DNA of 32,000 nucleotides from Methylorubrum extorquens (GTDB lineage Bacteria; Pseudomonadota; Alphaproteobacteria; Rhizobiales; Beijerinckiaceae): NCBI GenBank assembly GCA_900234795.1, contig LT962688.1, positions 2,040,001 to 2,072,000 of the forward strand, read 5' to 3'. Shown piece by piece: positions 24,362 to 32,000 of this stretch (position 1 is its first letter; each line of letters starts with the position of its first letter). The notes under the pieces were generated by a model. It saw only the letters and a program-made list of their open reading frames with translations, ran no database searches and was not told where the DNA came from. The position numbers and the translations under genes were made by a program.

Positions 24362-25900
24362 ATGAGCCAGGGTTCTTCGGTCGCGGTCGTCGGAAGCGGG
24401 CTCGGTGGGTTGGCCTCGGCCTGCGTGGCGGCCGCGCGCGGCCATCGCGTCACGGTCTACGACAAGAACGACTGGATGGGTGGCAAGGCCGCGGTGCTGC
24501 ACGAGGGCGGTTTCCGCTTCGATATGGGGCCGACCATCCTCACCGTGCCGCGCGTGCTGGAGCGCATCTTCGCCGAGGCCGGGCGCTCGGTGCACGATTA
24601 CATGGATCTGCGCCGGCTCGACCCGCAATGGCGCTGTTTCTTCGATGACGGCTCGCGCGTCGATCTGATCGAGGACGTGGACGCCATGGCCGCCTCCATG
24701 GACCGGTTCGCGCCCGGACAAGGGGCGGGTGACGGCTACAAGAAGTTCATCGCGGTCTCCGAGCATCTGCACGGCGTCTCCGAGCGGTTCTTCTTCTGGA
24801 AGGCGGTGCAGGATCTGTTCGACACGATCGACCTGCGCGCCAACATGAATCCCGGCACGCTCCGCGACGTGCTGAGCCTTCGCATGCACGCCACCGTCGC
24901 GAGCACGATCCGCGGCAAGGTCAAGGATGCGCGCCTCGCGCAGATGCTCGACCACTTCGTGCAATATGTCGGCTCCTCGCCCTACGGCGCGCCGGCCGTG
25001 CTCTGCGCCATCGCCCACATGCAGACGGCCGAAGGGGTGTGGTACCCGATGGGCGGCACCCGCGCGGTGGCGGAGGGGCTGATGCGGCTCGCCACCGAAC
25101 TCGGCGCCACGATGAAGCCCGCCGACGAGGTGCTGGGCCTCGATATCGCCGCGGGCCAGCTCCGCGGCCTGCGCACCCGCGACGGCATCACGCCTTATGA
25201 CGCCGTGATCTCCAACATGGATTCGGTGCGCACCTACCGCGAACTTGTCGGCGGCGAGGTCGGCAAGTCCTACGAGAAGAAGTCCTTCGAACCGGCCTGC
25301 TCCGGCGTGGTGCTCTATCTCGGCCTGAACAAGCGCTACGAGCACCTGAACCACCACGATTTCGTCTTCTCCCGCGACCCGGAGGAGGAGTTCGACTTCA
25401 TCTACCGCAAGGGCGAGCCGGCCCCCGACCCGACCGCCTATCTCGCGGCGCCCTCCTCCACCGATCCGAGCGTGGCGCCCGAGGGCGGCGAGGCGCTCTA
25501 CGTCCTCGTCCACACGCCGTATCTTCGGCCGCATCACGACTGGTCGAAGATGTTCCCGGCCTATCGCCGGACGATCCTGGAGAAGCTCAAGCGCACCGGC
25601 GGCATGCCGGATCTCGAGGAGCGCATCGTCGTCGAGCGCCACCTCACCCCGCAGGACATCCACGACCGCTACAAGGTGCTCAACGGCGCGATCTATGGGC
25701 TCGCCTCGCACGGGCGGATGATGGGTGCATTCAAACCCGGCAACCGCTCGCGGGAGGTGCGCGGCCTCTACCTCGCGGGCGGTGCCGCCCATCCGGGGCC
25801 GGGCATGCCGATGGTGATGATGTCGGGCTGGATCGCGGCCGACGCCCTCGATCAGGACCTGCGCGGCAGTGCAGAACCGGAGCTGCGCAAGACCGCCTGA
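24362..25900 (+). CDS. crtN: CrtN-like (diapophytoene/squalene-type) carotenoid desaturase, CrtI family
   Basis: VAVVGSGLGGLASACVAAARGHRVTVYDKNDWMGGK, FDMGPTILTVP (close to the S. aureus CrtN FDMGPTIVMMP block), VWYPMGGT and the C-terminal LYLAGGAAHPGPGMPMV. The gene symbol is tentative. Confidence 0.88.
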   Translation: MSQGSSVAVVGSGLGGLASACVAAARGHRVTVYDKNDWMGGKAAVLHEGGFRFDMGPTILTVPRVLERIFAEAGRSVHDYMDLRRLDPQWRCFFDDGSRVDLIEDVDAMAASMDRFAPGQGAGDGYKKFIAVSEHLHGVSERFFFWKAVQDLFDTIDLRANMNPGTLRDVLSLRMHATVASTIRGKVKDARLAQMLDHFVQYVGSSPYGAPAVLCAIAHMQTAEGVWYPMGGTRAVAEGLMRLATELGATMKPADEVLGLDIAAGQLRGLRTRDGITPYDAVISNMDSVRTYRELVGGEVGKSYEKKSFEPACSGVVLYLGLNKRYEHLNHHDFVFSRDPEEEFDFIYRKGEPAPDPTAYLAAPSSTDPSVAPEGGEALYVLVHTPYLRPHHDWSKMFPAYRRTILEKLKRTGGMPDLEERIVVERHLTPQDIHDRYKVLNGAIYGLASHGRMMGAFKPGNRSREVRGLYLAGGAAHPGPGMPMVMMSGWIAADALDQDLRGSAEPELRKTA

Positions 25901-25911
25901 GTTGATTCGAC

Positions 25912-26727
25912 ATGGCGCGGGGCAAACCGCTTCCGCCCGAGCGCTCGGCCCGGCTCTGGCGGTTCATGGCCGCCTATTTCGACCGCTTCGTGCGGCGCCA
26001 CCTGAACGCCCTGCGGCTGGCCCGCTGGGGTGTTCCGGCCGGCATCACCGGCACGGCGCCACTGGTGATCTACGCCAACCATCCAGCGTGGTGGGATGCG
26101 GCGATCCTGATCGTGGCGGCCGACCGGCTGTTTCCGGGCCGCGAGAGCTTCGCGCCGATCGATGCGGCGATGCTGGAGAAGTACGGCATCTTCCGGAAGT
26201 TGGGCGCCTTCCCCGTCGATCTCAACAGCGCGCGGGGCGGCGCACAGTTCCTGTCCGCCGCCCGCGCCATCCTGGCCGCGCCGAACCGGGCGATCTGGAT
26301 CACGGCGCAAGGGCGCTTCGCCGACGTGCGAACCCGCCCGCTCGGGCTGAAGCCCGGCGTCGCGCGGCTGGCCGAAATGGCGCCCGAGGCGACCTTCCTG
26401 CCGCTGGCCGTGGAATACGCCTTCTGGGACGAGCGCGGCGCGGAAGCCTTCCTCGCCTTCGGTCAACCGCTCACCGCCGCCGAACTGCTCGCCCTGCCCC
26501 GCCCGGAGCGCCTCGCCCGGATGGAGACAGTGCTGACCGCGACCCTCGACCGGCTCTCCGCCGACGTGATCGCCCGCGATCCGGCTCGGTTCGAGACGCT
26601 GCTGGCGGGTCGGCGCGGGGTCGGCGGCGTGTATGACGGCTGGCGGCGGCTCGCGGCGGTGCTGACCGGCCGTCGCTTCGAGCCGGGCCACCGGGACGGC
26701 GATTCCGAGGAGACGCGGACCCGATGA
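25912..26727 (+). CDS. PlsC-family lysophospholipid/glycolipid acyltransferase (CrtO-like role plausible)
   Basis: HX4D motif NHPAWWD and AQGRF block. It starts 11 nt after crtN and overlaps the next gene. Confidence 0.8.
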   Translation: MARGKPLPPERSARLWRFMAAYFDRFVRRHLNALRLARWGVPAGITGTAPLVIYANHPAWWDAAILIVAADRLFPGRESFAPIDAAMLEKYGIFRKLGAFPVDLNSARGGAQFLSAARAILAAPNRAIWITAQGRFADVRTRPLGLKPGVARLAEMAPEATFLPLAVEYAFWDERGAEAFLAFGQPLTAAELLALPRPERLARMETVLTATLDRLSADVIARDPARFETLLAGRRGVGGVYDGWRRLAAVLTGRRFEPGHRDGDSEETRTR

Positions 26728-27878
26728 CACTCACCCTCCTCGCGCTCGTTGCCCTCGCGCTGGCGCTGCTTCCGGCGGGGCTGGCCGCGGTCAATCTCGC
26801 GATCCTGCGCAGCCCCGAGCCCACGCCGAGCGACGGCCTCGTCTCGATCCTGATCCCCGCCCGCAACGAGGCGGCGGTGATCGAGGGCACGGTGCGGGCC
26901 GCGCTCGCGAGTCGCGGCGTCCCGGTTGAGGTGATCGTCGGCGACGATCACTCGACCGATGAGACTGCAGCGATCGTCGGGCGTATCGCCGGCACCGATC
27001 CGCGCCTGCGGCTGATCGCCGTGCCCGCCCTGCCCGAGGGCTGGACCGGCAAGAACCACGCCTGCGTCGCCCTGGCCGAGGCGGCACGGGGCGAGCGCCT
27101 CCTGTTCCTCGATGCCGACGTGACGCTGGCGCCGGACGGCGCGGCGGCGCTCGCCGCCCATGCCGTCCGGAGCGGCGCCGATCTCGTCAGCGGCGTGCCG
27201 CGGCAGGTGATGGAGACCTTGGGCGAGCGCCTGACGGTGCCGATGATCGACTTCCTGATGCTCGGCTACCTGCCGATCGCCCTGATGCGCGCCTCGCCCC
27301 GCCCCTCGCTCGGCGCCGCCTGCGGGCAGATGATCCTGATCGCACGCGCGGCCTACCGGCGGACTGGGGGGCACGGCGCGATCCGCACCTCGCTCCATGA
27401 CGGCGTGCGCCTGCCCCGGCTGTTCCGCGAGCAGGGTTTCCACACCGATCTCGTCGCGGGTCACGCGCTCGCGGCCTGCCGGATGTACCGGAATTTTGCG
27501 CAGAGCTGGGCCGGCTTCTCGAAGAACGCGCATGAGGGCATGGCGACGCCCGCTTCGCTCCCGGTCTGGACGGTGCTGCTGTTCGGCGGCCATATCCTGC
27601 CATGGCTCGTCCTCGCCGCCGCCCTGGCGCTGGGCGCCGGCACGCCCACCGTCCTGGCCGCAGCCGCCGTCATCGTCTCGCTCGCGACGCGGGCGGCGAT
27701 CACTTTGCGGGTCGCCGAGCCGCTCGCGACGATTCTCCTGCACCCCGCCACCGTCGGCACGGCGCTGGCGATCCAGTGGAACGTGCTGCTGCGCCCCGGG
27801 CGGGCCGGCCGGGCTGTATGGAAGGGCCGCAGCTATACGGTCGGCGGGGCGGCTAAGCCGCGGCAGGAACCGGGTTGA
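26724..27878 (+). CDS. Family-2 glycosyltransferase, membrane-anchored (CrtQ-like role plausible)
   Basis: ATGA overlap with the acyltransferase. GT2 blocks are VSILIPARNEA, VIVGDDHSTDET, GWTGKNHA and FLDADV (DxD), plus C-terminal TM helices. Confidence 0.85.
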   Translation: MTLTLLALVALALALLPAGLAAVNLAILRSPEPTPSDGLVSILIPARNEAAVIEGTVRAALASRGVPVEVIVGDDHSTDETAAIVGRIAGTDPRLRLIAVPALPEGWTGKNHACVALAEAARGERLLFLDADVTLAPDGAAALAAHAVRSGADLVSGVPRQVMETLGERLTVPMIDFLMLGYLPIALMRASPRPSLGAACGQMILIARAAYRRTGGHGAIRTSLHDGVRLPRLFREQGFHTDLVAGHALAACRMYRNFAQSWAGFSKNAHEGMATPASLPVWTVLLFGGHILPWLVLAAALALGAGTPTVLAAAAVIVSLATRAAITLRVAEPLATILLHPATVGTALAIQWNVLLRPGRAGRAVWKGRSYTVGGAAKPRQEPG

Positions 27879-28024
27879 GGAACTTTTCGCGAAACAATCC
27901 ATGCGGCAAATCGTGTAAGGCCGGCCATCCAGCCTTTGCAGTTCCTGAATAACGCCTGTAGCCTTGGTGCCACGTCGGCCCGGCGTCTTGCCGGGCTGCA
28001 TCGCCAGGAAGTTCGGTCGCGTCG

Positions 28025-29152
28025 ATGAGGGATGAGAGCGCCGCCGCCGTGTCGGCCCGCCCCACCGCCGACCCGCAGACAGCGCGGGAGGGTTCCCGCA
28101 CGGTCACGGGCGGACGCCCGATCGAGAGCTTCCCCCCCCGCTACGAAACCGGTCGGCACGGCCGACGCGACGCCTATGCCGCGCTCGATCTCGGCACCAA
28201 CAATTGCCGCCTGCTGGTCGCCGAGCCGACGCCCAACGGTTTCCGGGTGATCGACGCCTTCTCCCGCATCGTCCGGCTCGGCGAGGGACTGGGCAATTCC
28301 AATCGCCTCACCGAGGCGGCGATCGAGCGCACGGTGGAGGCCCTGCGCATCTGCCGGGGCAAGATGAAATCCCGCGCGGTGGCCCGCTCCAAGGTGATCG
28401 CGACCGAGGCCTGCCGGCTTGCTGTCAACGGCGCCGAGTTCGTGGCGCGGGTGCGCGCCGAGGTCGGGCTCGATCTCGAGATCGTCGACCGGCAGACCGA
28501 AGCCTATCTCGCCGTGACCGGCTGCGCCGCGCTCGCGGACCCGCGGGCGGAATCAGTCGTGATTTTCGATATCGGCGGCGGCTCCACCGAGATCGCATGG
28601 CTCGACGGCGCGGCGGCCAACCCTTCGACCGACCCGACCTTGCGTATCCGCGCCTGGGATTCGCTCCCCGTCGGCGTGGTGACGCTGGCCGAGCGCCACG
28701 GCGGCACCGAGGTCACCCGGCGGACCTTCGAGGGCATGGTCGAGGAGGTCGGCGACCTCATCTCCCCCTTCGCGATCCGCGCTGCGGCGGCTGCCACCGC
28801 ACCCTATTTCCACCTGCTCGGCACCTCGGGCACCGTGACCACGCTCGCGGCCATGCATCTGCGGCTCGCCCGCTACGAGCGGCGCCGGGTCGATGGCCTC
28901 TGGATGAGCGACGACGAGGTCGGTGACGCGATCGAGGACCTGCTCGACACCCGCCTCGAACAGCGTGCCGACAACCCCTGTATCGGCCGCGACCGGGCCG
29001 ATCTTGTGCTGGCCGGCTGCGCCATCCTGGAGGCGATCCGCCGGGTGTTCCCGTCCGAGCGCCTGCGCATCGCCGACCGGGGCCTGCGCGAGGGCCTGCT
29101 CATGAACATGATGCGCGAGGACGGCGTCTGGCGCCGCGGGCGGTATCGCTGA
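28025..29152 (+). CDS. Ppx/GppA-family exopolyphosphatase / guanosine pentaphosphate phosphohydrolase
   Basis: ASKHA-fold motifs AALDLGTNNCRLLV, IATEACRLAVNG and VIFDIGGGSTEI. ATG start. Confidence 0.88.
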   Translation: MRDESAAAVSARPTADPQTAREGSRTVTGGRPIESFPPRYETGRHGRRDAYAALDLGTNNCRLLVAEPTPNGFRVIDAFSRIVRLGEGLGNSNRLTEAAIERTVEALRICRGKMKSRAVARSKVIATEACRLAVNGAEFVARVRAEVGLDLEIVDRQTEAYLAVTGCAALADPRAESVVIFDIGGGSTEIAWLDGAAANPSTDPTLRIRAWDSLPVGVVTLAERHGGTEVTRRTFEGMVEEVGDLISPFAIRAAAAATAPYFHLLGTSGTVTTLAAMHLRLARYERRRVDGLWMSDDEVGDAIEDLLDTRLEQRADNPCIGRDRADLVLAGCAILEAIRRVFPSERLRIADRGLREGLLMNMMREDGVWRRGRYR

Positions 29153-29294
29153 GAAAGCCGGGCCGGCCCTCGTCTCATCGCCCGCGGCGACCGACTCCCC
29201 GGACGGAACGTCTTCACGGACCCGCCGCGCCGCGATAGGGACCATCCTGCGGCTGTGAGCGCATCGGTGCGTTCCGATGCTTGAGGACAGGATC

Positions 29295-30014
29295 ATGAGC
29301 GACCGGCGAGGCGGGACGGGGGGCCTGCGCGGCGACCTGAAGCAGCGGGTGAAGACCGGGCGCGGGCGCACCCTCTCCCAGAAGCGCTGGCTGGAACGCC
29401 AGCTCAACGACCCCTACGTCGCCCGCGCCAAGCGCGAGGGCTACCGCTCCCGCGCGGCGTTCAAGCTTCTCGAAATCGACGAGCGCTTCAAGCTGCTGAA
29501 GCCCGGACAGCGCATCGTTGATCTCGGCGCCGCCCCCGGTGGCTGGTCGCAGGTGGCGGCGCGGATCCTCGGCGAGAGCGGCCGCATCGTCGGCATCGAT
29601 CTGCTCGAGATCGAGCCGATGCCGGGCGCGACCTTCATCACCCTCGACTTCCTCGATCCCTCCGCACCCGAGCGCTTGACCGAGCTGCTGGGCGGCCGGG
29701 CCGACCTCGTCCTGTCCGACATGGCCGCCAACACCACCGGCCACAAGAAGACCGACCACCTGCGCATCATCGGACTCGCCGAGACCGCCGCGGTCTTCGC
29801 CCGCGAGATCCTGGCGCCCGGCGGCGCCTATCTCGCCAAGGTGTTCCAGGGCGGCACCGAGGGCGATCTGCTGACCGAGCTGAAGCGCGACTTCGCCACC
29901 GTGCGCCACGTCAAGCCGCAGGCGAGCCGGGCCGATTCGAGCGAACTCTACGTGCTGGCCACGGGCTTTCGCGGCGAGGCGGGCGCCAAGGACGCGGCGG
30001 ACGAACAGGAGTGA
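29295..30014 (+). CDS. rlmE: 23S rRNA (uridine-2'-O)-methyltransferase RlmE/FtsJ
   Basis: Track ORF 29277..30014. I prefer ATG 29295, with GAGGA 7 nt upstream. Motifs are [50 protein letters not shown] and KVFQG. Confidence 0.9.
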   Translation: MSDRRGGTGGLRGDLKQRVKTGRGRTLSQKRWLERQLNDPYVARAKREGYRSRAAFKLLEIDERFKLLKPGQRIVDLGAAPGGWSQVAARILGESGRIVGIDLLEIEPMPGATFITLDFLDPSAPERLTELLGGRADLVLSDMAANTTGHKKTDHLRIIGLAETAAVFAREILAPGGAYLAKVFQGGTEGDLLTELKRDFATVRHVKPQASRADSSELYVLATGFRGEAGAKDAADEQE

Positions 30015-30119
30015 TACGTGCCCCGCTCGATCGAAGCGGGGTACGTATCACTCAGCCCGCGCGGCGCCTGAGCGATGTCCAAATCCGCCATCCCGAAGGG
30101 ATCAACCGGATTTGGAATG
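30012..30119 (+). repeat. Structured intergenic repeat, copy B (inverted relative to copy A)
   Basis: It is the reverse complement of copy A, about 91/108 identical by hand. Stem 2 is 30011-30027 with 30035-30051, 17 bp including one G-T. Stem 1 is CCAAATCCG (30079-30087) with CGGATTTGG (30107-30115). The rlmE stop TGA (30012-30014) lies inside stem 2. Confidence 0.8.
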
Positions 30120-30200
30120 TTACCGGCGGCTGCGCCCGGCCTTCCTTTCGTGGCACGATGCCTGCGCGTCGTGCCCGAGAGCCACGTAAGGAAGGCCCCG

Positions 30201-32000
30201 ATGACCGCCCAACCCCTCACCCGCTTCGCCGTCGCGCCGCTGGCCCGGATGACGCGGCGCCTCGCCGATGTCGCCGCAGGCCGCGCCGAGCCCGATCTGG
30301 TGATCACGGGTGCGCGGGTGCTCTCGACCTATTCCGAGCGCGTCCTGCCCGACCGCGAGATCTGGATCGCGGGCGGGCGCATCGCCGCGGTGAAGCCGGC
30401 GGGCCAGCATCGCGGCGCCGCCCCGCGCTACGATGCGCGCGGCGGCCTGATCGCGCCGGGGCTGGTCGATCCGCATCTGCACATCGAGAGCAGCATGGTG
30501 ACGGCTTGTGCCTACGCGGAGGCCGCACTGATCAACGGCACCACCACGATCGTCTGCGACAGCCACGAGATCGGCAACGTGCTGGACGTGAACGGCGTGG
30601 AATGGATGCTGGAGGATGCCCGCGCGGCGCCCCTCAACATCTTCCTGACCGTGCCGAGCACGGTGCCCGCTACCACGCCGGATCTCGAGACGGCGGGCGG
30701 CGACCTGACGGCGGAGAAGATCGGCGCCCTGTTCGATGCCTGGCCCGAGGCGATCGGACTCGGCGAGAAGATGGATTTCGTCGCGGTGGCGAGCGGGGAC
30801 GAGCGGGCGCACGCCATCATCCGCGCCGCGCTGGAGCGGGGCCGCCCGGTCTCCGGCCATGTCTACGGCCGCGACTTCGTGGCGGCCTACGCCGCGAGCG
30901 GCGTCACCGACACCCACGAGGCCGTGGATGCCGACATCGCCGACGACCTCTTGGAAGCTGGCCTCTGGATCTTTCTGCGCGGGGGCCCGCCGACCACGCC
31001 CTGGCACTCGCTGCCCAAAGCCATCGGCACCGTGACCGAGTACGGCGCCGCCTGGAAGCGGGTCTGCGCCTGCACCGACGACCGCGATGCCGACGACCTT
31101 CTCGCGTTCGGCCTCGACTGGGTGGTGCGCGAGGCGGTGGCGCGCGGCATCCCGAAACCCGCGGCCTGGGCCATGGGCTCTTTGCATGGAGCCACGCGCT
31201 ACGGCCTCGACGGCGAGGTCGGCGGCCTCGGTGGCGGGCGCCGGGCCGATCTCGTGCTCCTGAACGACGATCTCGTGCCGCAGGCGACGTGGTATGGCGG
31301 GCAACAGGTGGTGGAGGATCGCCGGCCGACGCCACGTCTCGAAGAGGCCCTGGCCCGGCCCTACCGCTACCCGGCCCCCGCCTACGCCACGGTCCGCCTG
31401 CCCGATCCGGTTCCCGCCCTGATCCCGGCGCTGCCCGCCGGGCCCTGCACGGTCAACGCGATCCGCACCACGCTGCCGGGCATCGAGCTGACGCATGAGC
31501 GCGTCTCGCTCACCCCCGGCGCGGATTGGGCGGCGACGCTCGCCGCACACGATCTCTGCCATGTCGCGGTGGTCGAGCGGCACGGCCGTTCCGGCGGCGT
31601 CGCCCACGGGCTGCTCTCGGCCTTCGGCTTGAAGCGCGGCGCGGTAGCGAGCAGCGTCGGCCACGATTCGCACAACCTCATCGTCGCGGGCTTGAACGAG
31701 GCCGACATGCGGGTGGCTCTCGACGCCATCGCCGCGCATCAGGGCGGCGTCTGCGTCGTCGAGGAGGGCCACGTCGTCGCGATGGTGGCGCTGCCGGTGG
31801 CGGGGCTCCTCTCCGACAAGCGCGTGGGCGCGGTGGCGGATGAGGTGAAGGCGCTCAAGCGCGCCTGGGAGCGGGCCGGCTGCAGCATCCCCTATATGGG
31901 CTTCAACCTGATCCCGCTCGCGGTGATCCCGCAGATCCGCATCACCGACAAGGGCGTGGTGCTGGTGCCGGAGATGCGTTCGGTGCCGCTGTTCGAGGCG
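30201..32000 (+). CDS. ade: Adenine deaminase (amidohydrolase superfamily); 600 codons, 3' end beyond window
   Basis: Absent from the ORF track because there is no stop in the window. ATG 30201 has AGGAAGG 5-6 nt upstream. The translation is MTAQPLTRF...[35 protein letters not shown]...[17 protein letters not shown]...[13 protein letters not shown]...[12 protein letters not shown], which is the typical Ade pattern. The frame stays open to base 32000. Confidence 0.88.
   Translation, partial: MTAQPLTRFAVAPLARMTRRLADVAAGRAEPDLVITGARVLSTYSERVLPDREIWIAGGRIAAVKPAGQHRGAAPRYDARGGLIAPGLVDPHLHIESSMVTACAYAEAALINGTTTIVCDSHEIGNVLDVNGVEWMLEDARAAPLNIFLTVPSTVPATTPDLETAGGDLTAEKIGALFDAWPEAIGLGEKMDFVAVASGDERAHAIIRAALERGRPVSGHVYGRDFVAAYAASGVTDTHEAVDADIADDLLEAGLWIFLRGGPPTTPWHSLPKAIGTVTEYGAAWKRVCACTDDRDADDLLAFGLDWVVREAVARGIPKPAAWAMGSLHGATRYGLDGEVGGLGGGRRADLVLLNDDLVPQATWYGGQQVVEDRRPTPRLEEALARPYRYPAPAYATVRLPDPVPALIPALPAGPCTVNAIRTTLPGIELTHERVSLTPGADWAATLAAHDLCHVAVVERHGRSGGVAHGLLSAFGLKRGAVASSVGHDSHNLIVAGLNEADMRVALDAIAAHQGGVCVVEEGHVVAMVALPVAGLLSDKRVGAVADEVKALKRAWERAGCSIPYMGFNLIPLAVIPQIRITDKGVVLVPEMRSVPLFEA

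Noticed and set aside
26463-28001. 512-aa minus-strand ORF
   Set aside because: It is antisense to the GT2 glycosyltransferase and acyltransferase and is Arg/Gly-rich.
30120-30200. Structured leader upstream of adenine deaminase, considered as a purine riboswitch
   Set aside because: A nested hairpin is present (CGTGGC...GCCACG with inner CACGA...TCGTG). The conserved purine-riboswitch junction and loop sequences are absent.
30011-31772. ORFs 30011..31498(+) and 30120..31772(-)
   Set aside because: The real gene is the third plus frame starting at 30201 (adenine deaminase, open to the window end). The plus-strand track ORF also begins inside the intergenic repeat, and its first residues simply mirror the repeat sequence.
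1-32000. Scan for tRNA/rRNA genes, CRISPR arrays, IS elements, integrases and prophage genes
   Set aside because: None recognised. The intergenic regions are short, apart from 273-1019, and contain no cloverleaf-like or transposase-like sequence that I could identify by eye.

Overview
Very GC-rich alphaproteobacterial chromosomal segment. The gene content fits a pink-pigmented methylotroph such as Methylobacterium or Methylorubrum, but the taxon is inference. I recognise no rRNA, tRNA, CRISPR array, transposase or integrase. Three blocks are visible. (1) 1-10082 is a hopanoid side-chain and transport cluster: hpnH (partial, open at the left edge and absent from the ORF track), hpnN (RND exporter), then on the minus strand hpnL-hpnM-hpnI-hpnJ-hpnK and an unknown exported protein. 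A StrB1/AGAT-family amidinotransferase (10294-11487) sits divergently next to it. (2) 11.6-19 kb holds mixed housekeeping and unknown genes: a small membrane protein, GST, a secreted alpha/beta-hydrolase-like protein without its nucleophile serine, a small Cys-containing exported protein, a metallophosphoesterase, a short CDF transporter, a MaoC hydratase, a TrmH-family methyltransferase, and a lone HerA/DUF87 ATPase with an extra C-terminal domain. (3) 19084-27878 is a C30-type (staphyloxanthin-like) carotenoid cluster with two CrtI/CrtN-family enzymes, a PlsC-type acyltransferase and a GT2 glycosyltransferase. It is interrupted by a translationally coupled DUF2141 protein, ABC ATPase and ABC-2 permease, plus a class-I glutamine amidotransferase. 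The right end carries ppx/gppA, rlmE and a partial adenine deaminase that is open at the right edge and absent from the ORF track. The best candidates for new biology are: (a) the amidinotransferase as the unassigned enzyme that makes guanidino-substituted bacteriohopanetetrol cyclitol ether; (b) the DUF2141/ABC module inside the carotenoid operon as a lipid trafficking system; (c) a roughly 108-nt structured repeat present twice, which overlaps a gene stop codon each time and shows compensatory stem changes that pair fully on only one strand. Most long ORFs in the supplied track are antisense or off-frame artefacts of high GC. Several true genes start well downstream of the longest-ORF start.
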